Origin: Phyllobates terribilis
Lineage: Eukaryota
Assembly: GCF_046119375.1 (NCBI RefSeq)
Contig: NW_027362769.1
Coordinates: 364,994,001-365,058,000 of the forward strand
Length of the DNA stretch: 64,000 bases
Direction: 5' to 3'
Shown here: positions 1 to 11,033 of the stretch, one piece after another
Numbering within the stretch: position 1 is the first letter of the stretch
Layout of the letters: every line of letters starts with the position of its first letter
Notes under the pieces: model-generated
Seen by the model: the letters and a program-made list of their open reading frames with translations, nothing else
Told to the model about the DNA's origin: nothing
Databases searched by the model: none
Translations under genes and position numbers: made by a program

Positions 1-1227
1 GTTACAACACTTGTCATAACATTTATGGCTCCAGGATTTAATTTCACTGGTAGACCAATCCAGTACAGGATTGTGAAATTTTAACCAGGGCAATCCCAAT
101 ATTACTGGAGAAGGCAAGTTATTCAACACTACCAAATCCAATTTCTCATGGTGAACACCATTAATAGTGAGAGGAAATTCACAGACCTTGAGAGTAATAT
201 TCTTCAAAGGGGAACCATCCACAGAAACCACAGCAATGGGGGATGATAAAGGTTCAGGTTTTAAATTGAGTCTTTCCACGAATCCCCCATCAATTACATT
301 CAGAGTAGACCCGCAATCAACAAACACCCGAAATTCCAATAATTTTTTCTGAGCAATCGTGGAAGCAGCTAAAAATATACCCTTGGAATTTAAACAGGCA
401 ATACGGGCGTGACTGACCATTTTTTTTTCTTTCCTCATACGAAGCTCACAGCCTTTAATCAAATGACCAGATTTTCCGCAATAGAAACACAAGCCTTCAG
501 AAAATCGACGGTCTTTTTCTTGAGAGCGAGGTGCCACCGATCCAATCTCCATCGGTTCACCTCTGTTAGTACACACATTCTCATAACCAGAAACTGACAT
601 AGCAGAGGATCTGCTCTCATTAACCCTTGCACGCAGTCTTCTATCCACCCGTATAGCTAATTGCATAGCCTGTTGCAAATCTTCAGGTGTAGGGTAAGCA
701 ATTAGCAGGTCTTTAACCCTTTCACTGAGCCCAGCAAGAAATAGACTTTTCAGAGCAGAATCGTTCCACCCTGTTTGAGTAGACCAACGACGGAAATGAG
801 TACAATATTTTTCCACATTACCTGATCCCTGTTTTAAACGTCTCAACTCAGTCTCAGCTGATGCGACACGGTCAGGATCATCATATAATAGTCCCAAAGC
901 AGAAAAAAAACTATCCACTGATCTGAAGCATGTATCACTAGGTTGCAAAGAAAAGGCCCACTCCTGAGGCTCTTTGCGCAAAAGTGACGTTATGAACCCT
1001 ACGCGCTGGGATTCATCCCCAGAGGACTTAGGTCTCAAACGAAAATACAATAAGCAAGCATTTTTAAATGAAAAAAATTCTCGGTGTTCACCAAAAAATA
1101 AATCCGGCAAACATACCTTAGGCTCCAAGAAATGTGCTCCAGGACAGTTACTCACGTGCTGACGGAGCTCGGCCACCTCCAGAGAGAGTCCCTGCAGGCG
1201 ATGAACCAAATCCTGAACCGACACCAT
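1..1227 (-). CDS. Gag (retrotransposon gag domain, CCHC knuckle) fused in frame to aspartic protease; partial
   Basis: Manual translation from ATG 1227 is open to base 1: MVSVQDLVHRLQGL...RLKQGSGNVEKY...CFYCGKSGHLIKGC...VFVDCGSTLN...ILGLPWLKFHNPVLDW. It is absent from the ORF track, probably because there is no stop before the edge. Confidence 0.9.
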   Translation of the reverse strand, partial: MVSVQDLVHRLQGLSLEVAELRQHVSNCPGAHFLEPKVCLPDLFFGEHREFFSFKNACLLYFRLRPKSSGDESQRVGFITSLLRKEPQEWAFSLQPSDTCFRSVDSFFSALGLLYDDPDRVASAETELRRLKQGSGNVEKYCTHFRRWSTQTGWNDSALKSLFLAGLSERVKDLLIAYPTPEDLQQAMQLAIRVDRRLRARVNESRSSAMSVSGYENVCTNRGEPMEIGSVAPRSQEKDRRFSEGLCFYCGKSGHLIKGCELRMRKEKKMVSHARIACLNSKGIFLAASTIAQKKLLEFRVFVDCGSTLNVIDGGFVERLNLKPEPLSSPIAVVSVDGSPLKNITLKVCEFPLTINGVHHEKLDLVVLNNLPSPVILGLPWLKFHNPVLDWSTSEIKSWSHKCYDKCCN

Positions 1228-1697
1228 GATGGAACAGAAAAATCTTTCCTTAGAGAATTTGCTGGCTGGACTTACTGTTATGTTCTGCTACCAGAGCTAA
1301 GGAAAGAGAGGAGATCTGTCCCTACGATAGAACTCAGCTTAATCCCTACGATGTAACAGGGGACCTGATCCTGCGATCAGACCTGCTAAAGTCCTAAGCT
1401 AGTCTGTACGGAGACCTATAGATGTGGGGAAGGAATCCCTACAAGTACTAAGGACTGGGAGGAATATGGGACACCTCCTAACAGAAATAGTAGCAGACAG
1501 ACGAACAAACAAAATATATAGAACATAGAGGTCAGTAGACCAAGCAAACTAACAGAGCAAGACACAGAGCACAGGCTAGCTAGAAAGTAGATATACAATG
1601 AAGTCCAGCAAAGCCAGAAGGGCGGAGCAGGATTAAATAGGCCAACAAGGTCATGTGACCAGCAAAGGAAAAAAAACCTAAGAGCAAGGTTCTAACA
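1..1697 (-). mobile_element. Ty3/Gypsy (Tf1/sushi-like) LTR retrotransposon A, 5' part, runs off the left edge
   Basis: LTR at 1276-1697 with TGTTA...TAACA ends, followed on the minus strand by a gag-protease ORF. Confidence 0.85.
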
Positions 1698-2654
1698 ACA
1701 GTACCTTGCCATATGTCCGGGTTGATTGCAGCGGTGGCAGATGGGTTGTCCGTCCTCGTTGTATCGGTCGCTGGGTTTTCCTCTGGCCGGTGGGGTCCTC
1801 CTTGGTCGGCGCCACGGGATATCCTCCGGTCCGGATGCCAGCTGGATCTTCCCTGGAGTAGAAACCTGTAAAGACTGCACAGTTCGGGTTAGCGCAGCAA
1901 CGCTTTTAGTTAGCTCTTGGACCTGATGGTGCAGGTCTGTAGCCGGGTCATTGTTTAAAGCCTGCGCATCAGCTCCCACAGGCCCTGCCGACAAGGGCGC
2001 CGTCTCCTGGTGGTAAGTGGTAGTAGGGCGTCTGTGGGTCACAGCGCCACCTGGTGCCGGTTCTCGGAGCACCCGGATGGCTCTGTCCTTGAACTGTGCA
2101 AAGTCCAGATGAGGGTCCTGTAAGGCCATTGCCCGCAACTGGGTTCGGTGGGCATTGCAATGTAGACCCTCTATAAATTGTTCAGTCAACAGCTTGTCTT
2201 CGTTTCCCACGCCGTCAGGGTCGGCCTGCTTAATGGCTCTCAGGGCCTCTTGTAGGTTTAGTGCATAGTCCCTTATATTCTCATGTGCTCGCTGCTTGCA
2301 CCCGTAGAATCTAAGCTTGATCTCGGCTGAGGTACGGGTATCAAAGGTGTCCTTCAGCTGGGCTAGTATCTCTGCGACAGTCCTCCTCCTCCCGAGTGGC
2401 CAGGACTTTACCTCCCTTTGGGCTGCCCCTTTTAATTGAGCCACCAGGATGCTCACTTTTTGCTCCTCTGTGAGGGGGTACACCTGGAAGAGGCTATCCA
2501 GCCTTTCTCTGAAGTCATTTAGGGTATGTGACTCCCCTGAGTACTGGGGTAGCCAGGCTGCCCCCGGGATATAGGGCATAGTGAAAGGCATGACCGCAGC
2601 AGCGGTGGCGCTGGCGGTGGCTGTGGCAGTGAAGCTCTCCTCTGTATCCGACAT
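1692..2654 (-). CDS. Gag of element B (PNMA-like, CCHC knuckle CHRCNQPGHMARYC)
   Basis: 320-aa ORF with gag-like helical region and terminal knuckle; the last Cys and the stop come from the LTR of element A. Confidence 0.8.
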   Translation of the reverse strand: MSDTEESFTATATASATAAAVMPFTMPYIPGAAWLPQYSGESHTLNDFRERLDSLFQVYPLTEEQKVSILVAQLKGAAQREVKSWPLGRRRTVAEILAQLKDTFDTRTSAEIKLRFYGCKQRAHENIRDYALNLQEALRAIKQADPDGVGNEDKLLTEQFIEGLHCNAHRTQLRAMALQDPHLDFAQFKDRAIRVLREPAPGGAVTHRRPTTTYHQETAPLSAGPVGADAQALNNDPATDLHHQVQELTKSVAALTRTVQSLQVSTPGKIQLASGPEDIPWRRPRRTPPARGKPSDRYNEDGQPICHRCNQPGHMARYCC

Positions 2655-4142
2655 CCTCCTCCCCCCTAGTGGACCGTGGCCTACCTTGCGATGATCCTCT
2701 TCCGTAGGCCGCGGCTCCGCAGTGGAGCGTCAGGGTTGAGGACCTTCCGTCGCGCTCCTGTGACGTCGGCGTCTGCTGGGCTCCTTCCAGGACCTTACGC
2801 AACGTCCGGACGTGAGGCGGAGCTTCAGTTCTCGCGCGCTTTCAGAGTCTACGCCCCTCTTCTTCCCGCGCGGCGTCCTCAAGATGGCGTCCAATGGCGG
2901 GAAAACTCCACGGATGGCGTGAAGAAGGCAGAAGATGGCGTCGGATGGCGGGAAAACTCCACGGATGGCGGGAAGAAGGCAGAAGATGGCGTCGGATGGC
3001 GGGAATCCTCATCACAGGTAAGTTTAACAGTCTCTTTTTTTTTCAGGCACGCAGTACCCGGTGGTTGCGGGCACCGGATCCTGCCGACTACGCCAAAGTT
3101 GAAGCGCCCCCTGGGCCTCTGTTGTGTAGCGTTGTGCACGCGGGGACTACCCGGAGCCGGATCTGATAGGGGTAGTAGTCATCGTGGCGACGATCCGGTC
3201 CGTGCCCAGGGTGTCAAACCAAGTGGCAGAATTTAGTAGAAGATGTTATAGTGTTCGACTACGCCACCCGTTGAATGCGGTTATGAAGCCGCCGCTGCAG
3301 GGCAGACCGCTGAGGCCGGTGGTACGGTTGTGCAGCGTGGATAGTATAACCCCCAACGGGAGGGGTATGGCCTCAGGGCAGCGGACGTGGATGATGGGGA
3401 TAGCAGAATTGCACGCAGGCACTAGGAACCACTCAGAGACGGTGCGGTGTAGTTCAGGGTCTTTACTGGTGGCAAAGGTAGACCCTCCCAGGCGTACTGG
3501 CTAGCGATCGGGGCCTGGTCAGTCTGTGAGCAGATAGAATCTCCCCCGGCCAGGCGGAGTTGTAGGCCTCCCCGACTTATTGTACTCTCCCTGGCTACCT
3601 TGCTAGAAGCGGGTAAAAGTAGCCCACGTCCCTGAGTGTACCGTGTGGTGCTCACCCGTATGGCCGGTGACTCGGGGCCTTCTGGTAGCCTCCGCTCCAC
3701 AACGGCGGTGCTGGTCCCTTGCGTGTGACCGTGCCTTCGGGTTTCTTGGCCAGAGGACCTGAAATCCCCTGCCGGTCGGTTTCTGCTGCTGGGTATGGAT
3801 CAGTCCCCACTGCCTCGGACTCCGTGTCCGGTGAGATCTCTTCAGTCAGGACGAGCTCTACAGCTTCCAGTCTCTGACCCCTTTTATCACTGCTCCCACA
3901 TAGCTCCTGATCTTGCTCTCTCTGTATCTGCTCCACTCCAGACCAGACTGTGTCTCTGTCTGGGACTCCTCTTCTTCTCCTCTAACCCCGCCTCAGCCCC
4001 AGTTTATATAGGGGAAGTTCTTCCCCTCCCTGGACTGGGCATGAAGTGTTGCATGCTTAGGGTTCCTGACCAGGAGACCTCCCACCTGCTCTCAGACGTA
4101 ATATTGCTATTACTGTGGTAACCAGACACCTGGGGTGCCACA
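1698..4142 (-). mobile_element. Ty3/Gypsy element B: 5' LTR (3100-4142), tRNA-Ser PBS and gag, truncated by element A
   Basis: LTR reads TGTGGCACCCC...GGGGCGCTTCA on minus and is homologous to the solo LTR at 50193-51164; PBS at 3078-3095. Confidence 0.8.
3078..3095 (-). promoter_or_regulatory. Primer-binding site complementary to the tRNA-Ser 3' end
   Basis: TGGCGTAGTCGGCAGGAT 4 nt after the LTR; complement ATCCTGCCGACTACG-CCA matches the vertebrate tRNA-Ser(AGA) 3' end as recalled. Confidence 0.8.
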
Positions 4143-4619
4143 TGTAGCGTCGGCGTCCCTGCCTCCTGCTAGGCTGGGACGCCGTTCCCCTCACCTCTCC
4201 GCTCCAGGCTCGGCGTCTTCCTCCCGCTCTGCTGGCAGCGCGCGCTTCCCGGCCTCTGTGCTTAGGGCGCGCGCGCTCCCCCTCTCTTAAAGGGGCCACG
4301 CGCGTCGTCCTAAGGAGTCCCCGGCCAATGGCCAGAGGACCTCACCATATATAAGGCACCTCCTCCAAAATGGAGGTGCCCGAGCAATGTTGTTGCAAAG
4401 CCTTTCAACTCTGCTTCAGCCCTCAGGTCCCGTTACCAGTTACCTGCCAGTCACCTGCCAGATTCCCGCTTGATACCTGCCTGATTCCTGCCAGATATCT
4501 GCTTACCTGCTTGCTATCCTGTGGTCCGACAGTCTGCCTGCCAGCACCTGCCAGTCTGTCTATGGATCAGTCCACCTGCGACCAGGAAGTACCTACCAGA
4601 TACCTGCCTGATACCTGCC

Positions 4620-5100
4620 TGCCTGTCCAGAGACTCTTACTCGCTCACCTGGGAGCGCTCACCTGCTACCTGCCTGCTAGCCTACCTGGAGGCTTAGCCG
4701 TCACTTGCTGTGACCACCTGCCTGTCCAGAGACTCTTACTCGCTCACCTGGGAGCGCTTACCTGCTACCTACCTGCTAGCCTACCTGGAGGCTTAGCCAT
4801 CACTTGCTGTGACCACCTGCCTGTCCAGAGACTCTTGCCCGCTCACCTGGAAGCGCTCACCTGCTTCCTGCCTGCTAGCCTACCTGGAGGCTCTGCCGTC
4901 ACTTTCCGCGACCACCTGCCAGTCCAGAGACTCTTGCCCGTTCACCTGGGAGCGCTCACCTGCTACCTGCCTGCTAGCCTACCTGGAGGCTCTGCTGTCA
5001 CTTGCCGTGACCACCTGCCTGTCCAGAAACTCTTGCCCGCTCACCTGGGAGCGCTCACCTGCTAACTGCCTGCTAGCCTATCTAGAGACTCTTTCCCTGC
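4620..5100 (+). repeat. ~96-bp tandem repeat inside the LTR of element C (also about 10040-10420)
   Basis: Unit CTGTCCAGAGACTCTT...GTGACCACCTGC repeated; the 5' LTR is about one unit longer than the 3' LTR. Confidence 0.85.
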
Positions 5101-5355
5101 TGTCACTTGCCGTGACCACCTGCCCATCTAGAGACTCTTACCCTGCTGTCACTTGCCGTGACCATCCGCCTGTCAAGAGACTGTCCCCGTCACTTGCCGT
5201 GACTTCCTGCCCTTCTACCCAGAGACTGTCCCTGTCACTTGCCGTGACTACCTGCCCGCCTTCCCTGGGAGCCACCCGCTTCCTTACAAGGACTGCCCCT
5301 TTGTATAGTTGCTCAGAGGTTCCACCTCTCAGACCCGTTACAGTTTGCTCGGGCC

Positions 5356-6288
5356 ATGGAACCCGGTGGCACCCAAGCTCCCTCGCTCTCGGACCTATGT
5401 CATGAACTTTCCCGTCAGAGGTCCCAACAGGAGTCCATCCTGAGCCACCTGCGTAGTGTTAACTCCCGCCTGGACACACTGACTACCTCTTCGGGACCTG
5501 CTTCCAGTCCCACGACTCCTACCCCGGCAGTGCCGCTGCCCATCAATTCCATGGCAACTCTTCCCGGTCCTCGCCTCACCGCCCCGCCTCGTTTTGGACG
5601 AGATCCCGGACAGGCACGGGGCTTCATTAACCTGTGCACTCTGCACTTCGAACTGTTGGCACACCAGTTTTCCACCGACCGAGCCAAAGTAGCCTTCATC
5701 ATGTCCCATCTCACGGGAGAGGCGCTGGCTTGGTTAAATCCTCTATGGGAGAGAGGAGACCCCCTGGTATCCAACCTGCCATCCTTTCTCACGACTTTCC
5801 GGAAGGTCTTCGACGAACCAGGATGGAGGACCTCATCCGCCTCATCTCTGCTACGCCTCCGCCAAGGAAGTCTCACCGTGGGTCAATATGCCATACGGTT
5901 CCGTACCCTTGCTTCGGAGCTTGCCTGGGATAACGACGCTCTGGTGTCCGTCTTCTGGGAGGGTCTGTCCGGCCGTATTAAAGATGAACTCGCCGGTCGG
6001 GACATTCCTACCACTCTTGACGACTTAATTACACTTGTCACCCGGATTGACATCCGGTTCCAGGAGCGCACCAAAGAGGCCACCCGTGAGAGGAGGTTTC
6101 CACGCCTTGCCCCTACCTTCCAGAGATCCGTCACTTCCTCCGTTACTCCCCCGGCGCACTCACCCGAGCCTATGCAGGTCGACCAGACCAAGATGGTCAA
6201 GACCCGTCAAGAATTACGCCGTGCCGAGGGGAGCTGCTTCTACTGTGGCAATAAGGAGCACCGGATCCGTTCCTTCCCGGAGAGGTAG
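5356..6288 (+). CDS. Gag of element C
   Basis: 310-aa ORF with RTL1/PEG10-like gag (LRQGSLTVGQYAIRF) and a degenerate knuckle CFYCGNKEHRIRSF. Confidence 0.85.
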   Translation: MEPGGTQAPSLSDLCHELSRQRSQQESILSHLRSVNSRLDTLTTSSGPASSPTTPTPAVPLPINSMATLPGPRLTAPPRFGRDPGQARGFINLCTLHFELLAHQFSTDRAKVAFIMSHLTGEALAWLNPLWERGDPLVSNLPSFLTTFRKVFDEPGWRTSSASSLLRLRQGSLTVGQYAIRFRTLASELAWDNDALVSVFWEGLSGRIKDELAGRDIPTTLDDLITLVTRIDIRFQERTKEATRERRFPRLAPTFQRSVTSSVTPPAHSPEPMQVDQTKMVKTRQELRRAEGSCFYCGNKEHRIRSFPER

Positions 6289-9200
6289 GGAAACGCCTGT
6301 GTCTAGGGTCGCTCTGAGAGGTCGCCCTAGACAGAAATAAACCCTCTCCATCTCTAATGCTGTCGGTCTCTATCATCTGTGGGGAGAACCGTTATTTTGA
6401 ACTGACTCAATTTGACTCTGGAGCTGCCGGAAATCTCATTTCTCAGTCCCTGGTAGAGAAATACCGCATTCCCACCAAACCTCTGGCTGTACCCTTATCT
6501 GTCGCCGCCGTGGATGGAGGCCTCTTACCTCATCCCATCCAACTCATCACCGAATCCATAACTTTGCAGGTGGGAATGCTGCACTCTGAGAGCATCTTCT
6601 TTCATGTTCTGCCTGGACTCTCTCACGCCCTCTAGCTAGGCCTACCTTGGCTCCAGAAACACGCACCCGTGCTTGATTGGCAGACCGGAGAAGTTCTTCG
6701 CTGGGGACAGGACTGCCATAAGACTTGTTTAGTTCCCGTTCATCCTGCCCATCCTTCTCCTACCCCAGCCAATCTACCCGGCCTACCGGTTCCCTATTGG
6801 TCTTTTGCGGACGTCTTTAATAAAAGAGAAGCAGAGACATTACCCCCTCATAGACCATACGACTGCCCAATTGACCTGATGCCCGGCGCTACTCCTCCCC
6901 GTGGGCGTATTTACCCTTTGTCCGCTGCTGAGACCCGGTCCATGTCTGAATATATTGAGGAGAATCTGGCCCGGGGATTTATCCGGAAATCTACCTCCCC
7001 GGCGGGAGCAGGCTTCTTCTTCGTCAAGAAGAAGGACGGCTCACTCCGTCCCTGTATAGACTATAGAGGCCTTAACCAGATCACAGTGAAGAATAAATAC
7101 CCCCTTCCGCTCATTCCTGAATTATTTGACCGTCTGAGGGGGGCTAGAATCTTCACCAAGCTGGACCTCCGTGGGGCGTATAATCTGGTCCGTATCCGTC
7201 AGGGGGATGAATGGAAGACGCCATTCAACACCCGGGATGGCCAATATGAATACCTTTTAATGCCCTTCGGTCTCTGTAATGCTCCCGCCGTCTTTCAAGA
7301 GTTGGTCAATGACATCTTCTGTGACCTTCTCTACTCCTGCGTGGTGGTGTACCTGGACAACATCTTGGTCTTCTCTCCAGATCTTCTCACTCACCGGAGG
7401 GACGTTCGTCAGGTCCTGCTCAGGCTCAGGCAGAACCACCTCTATGCTAAATATGAGAAGTGCCTCTTTGAGCAGACCTCGCTTCCGTTTCTGGGCTACA
7501 TAATCTCTCAGACCGGCCTACAAATGGACCCTGAGAAACTGTCTGCCATCCAGAAGTGGCCCCGACCAGAGGGGTTGAAGGCTATTCAGCGGTTCCTGGG
7601 CTTCGCCAACTACTACCGCCTCTTCATTCCGCACTTCTCTTCCCGGACTGCCCCTATCTCGGCGCTCACCCGTAAGGGCGCTAATCCCAGAGAATGGCCG
7701 CCCGAAGCAGAGGAGGCCTTCCTTTCCTTAAAACGAGCTTTTTCCTCCGCCCCTGTGCTGCATTGTCCGGACGGCAACAAACAATTCTTTCTAGAAGTCG
7801 ACGTTTCCTCCTCCGGAGCCAGAGCAGTACTTACCCAAAAGTCGTCTTCCGGAAGAATGGTAACCTGCGGCTTCTTCTCCAAACTCTTCTCCTCTTCTGA
7901 GCGCAATTATTCTATAGGAGACCGAGAATTGTTGGCCATTAAGCTGGCACTGGAGGAGTGGCGTTACCTGCTCGAGGGGGCTCTTCACCCGGTAATAATT
8001 TACACGGACCACAAGAACTTGGCTTACCTCCAGAGTGCCCAGAGACTTAACCCGCGCCAAGCCCGGTGGTCCTTGTTCTTCACCCGCTTTAATTTCATTC
8101 TTCATTTTCGCCCGGCTGACAAAAACATCAAAGCTGATGCTTTATCCCGATCCTTTTGGTCTCTGATCTTGAGGAGGAGCCTAAACACATCATCGACCCC
8201 GCCAAAGTAATGCAGGTGGCCCCCGTGAATCTAAATCGTCTTCCACCCGATAAGACGTTCGTATCTGTTCCTGATCGTGAGAGGGTTCTACACTGGGGAC
8301 ACTCGTACAAGCTAGCTGGCCATGCTGGTCAGAAAAAGACCCTCCAGCTTATTTCCCGGCATTACTGGTGGCCTACCCTGCACAATGACGAAATAGACTT
8401 TGTTTCAGCCTGTGTGTCCTGCGCCCGCAACAAGGTTCCGAGACATCTGCCAGCCGGCCGTCTCCTTCCTCTTCCTGTACCTGCTGCCTCGTGGCAGCAT
8501 ATAGCTATGGACTTTATTACGGACCTCCCTGGCTCTGCCGGTTGTACGGTCATATGGGTGGTCGCTGACCGCTTTTCCAAAATGGCTCACTTTATTCCCC
8601 TGCCGGGTCTCCCGTCTGCATCAGAGTTAGCTAAAGACTTGATTCATCATGTCTTCCGTCTTCATGGTCTTCATCTCCACATTGTATCCGACCGAGGGGT
8701 TCAGTTCACCTCTCGTTTTTGGCGAGCCATGTGTAAACTACTGGGGGTCACCTTGGACTTTTCTTCTGCTTTTCACCCACAGTCCAATGGCCAAGTAGAA
8801 CGGATCAACCAAATTTTAACCAGTTACCTCCGGCACTTTGTTAATGCTCACCAACCCGACTGGGTGGATCTTTTACCGTGGGCCGAATTTTCTTACAATA
8901 ATCACGAGAGCGAATCTTCCTCCAAATCCCCGTTTTTTGTAGTCTTCGGTCAGCATCCTCGGATCCCGTTTCCCTTCTCCGCTTCGGTGGACAATCCGGC
9001 TGCGGAATCTCTCGTTAACGAATTTTCCTCCATTTGGGAAAGTACCAGATCTGCACTTCTTCAGTCATCCGAGCGGATGAAAAAACAGGCTGACAAAAGA
9101 CGTCTGGATCCACCACAATTCCGTCCTGGAGATAAGGTCTGGCTCTCGTCCAAATATGTCCGGCTCAAGATTCCTTCCTACAAGTTAGGGCCTCGGTTCA

Positions 9201-9706
9201 TCGGTCCACTGGAAGTTATCAAACAGATCAATCCGGTGGCCTATAAATTGAAACTCCCGGCCAATTTGCGGATCCCTAACTCCTTCCATGTATCTCTACT
9301 CAAACCCGTGATACTTAACTCTTTTTCCAAGTCTACAGGTACGCCTCCTGCTCCGGTTTCCGCTGAAAATGAGTTTGAGGTAGAGAACATTCTGGCCACC
9401 AAAAGGGTAAGAGGAAAATCCTTTTTTCTAGTGGATTGGAAGGTGTTTGGTCCTGAGGAGAGAACATGGGAGCCCCGGGAGAACATCCATGCCCCTCTCA
9501 TCCTTGATAAATTTCTCTCCGGCCTAAAAAAAGGGGGGCCTAAAGGGGGGGGTACTGTAGCGTCGGCGTCCCTGCCTCCTGCTAGGCAGAGACGCCGTTC
9601 CCCTCACCTCTCTGCTCCGGGCCCGGCGTCTTCCTCCCGCTCTGCTGGCAGCGCGCGCTGCTTCCCGGCCTCTGTGCTTAGGGCGCGCGCGCTCCCCCTC
9701 TCTTAA
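6289..9706 (+). pseudogene. Disrupted pol of element C (protease, RT, RNase H, integrase, chromodomain)
   Basis: FDSGA protease motif; stop at 6633-6635; RT motif YLDN instead of YLDD; frameshift near 8156-8210; integrase MDFITDLP and PQSNGQVERIN; C-terminal chromodomain FEVENILATKR..FLVDWK. Confidence 0.9.
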
Positions 9707-10664
9707 AGGGGCCGCGCGCGTCGTCCTAAGGAGTCCCCGGCCAATGGCCGGAGGACCTCACCATATATAAGGCACCTCCTCCAAAATGGAGGTGCCCGAG
9801 CAATGTTGTTGCAAAGCCTTTCAACTCTGCTTCAGCCCTCAGGTCCCGTTACCAGTTACCTGCCAGTCACCTGCCAGATTCCTGCTTGATACCTGCCTGA
9901 TTCCTGCCTGATATCTGCTTACCTGCTTGCTATCCTGTGGTCCGACAGTCTGCCTACCAGCACCTGCCAGTCTGTCTATGGATCAGTCCGCCTGCGGACC
10001 AGGAAGTACCCACCAGATACCTGCCTGATACCTGCCTGCCTGTCCAGAGACTCTTACTCGCTCACCTGGGAGCGCTCACCTGCTACCTGCCTGCTAGCCT
10101 ACCTGGAGGCTTAGCCGTCACTTGCTGTGACCACCTGCCTGTCCAGAGACTCTTACTCACTCACCTGGGAGCGCTCACCTGCTACCTGCCTGCTAGCCTA
10201 CCTGGAGACTTAGCCGTCACTTGCTGTGACCACCTGCCTGTCCAGAGACTCTTGCCCGCTCACCTGGGAGCGCTCACCTGCTACCTGCCTGCTAGCCTAC
10301 CTGGAGGCTCTGCCGTCACTTGCCGTGACCACCTGCCTGTCCAGAGACTCTTGCCCGCTCACCTGGGAGCGCTCACCTGCTACCTGCCTGCTAGCCTATC
10401 TAGAGACTCTTTCCCTGCTGTCACTTGCCGTGACCACCTGCCCGTCTAGAGACTCTTACCCTGCTGTCACTTGCCGTGACCATCCGCCTGTCAAGAGACT
10501 GTCCCCGTCACTTGCCGTGACTTGCTGCCCTTCTACCCAGAGACTGTCCCTGTCACTTGCCGTGACTAACTGCCCTCCTTCCCTGGGAACCACCCGCTTC
10601 CTTACAAGGACTGCCCCTTTGTATAGTTGCTCAGAGGTTCCACCTCCCAGACCCGTTACACGGT

Positions 10665-10680
10665 GGCTCTGAAAAGAGCC
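10665..10680 (-). terminator. Histone 3' stem-loop of the H4 pseudogene
   Basis: GGCTCTTTTCAGAGCC on minus. Confidence 0.95.
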
Positions 10681-10712
10681 TTTTGGTTGTCAGGATGGAG
10701 CAGAGAATACAA

Positions 10713-11033
<321 letters not shown>

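Larger units (their letters stand above)
4143..10660 (+). mobile_element. Full-length but defective chromovirus (Tf1/sushi-like Gypsy) element C
   Basis: LTRs 4143-5342 and 9556-10660 (TGTAG...TTACA); polypurine tract before 9556; gag-PR-RT-RH-IN-chromodomain order. Confidence 0.95.

Noticed and set aside
3078-3095. tRNA gene
   Set aside because: Only the 18-nt 3' end including CCA is present, next to an LTR; it is a PBS.
4370-5405. ORFs of 231 and 198 aa (and 9937-10672)
   Set aside because: Artefacts of the 96-bp stop-poor LTR tandem repeat.
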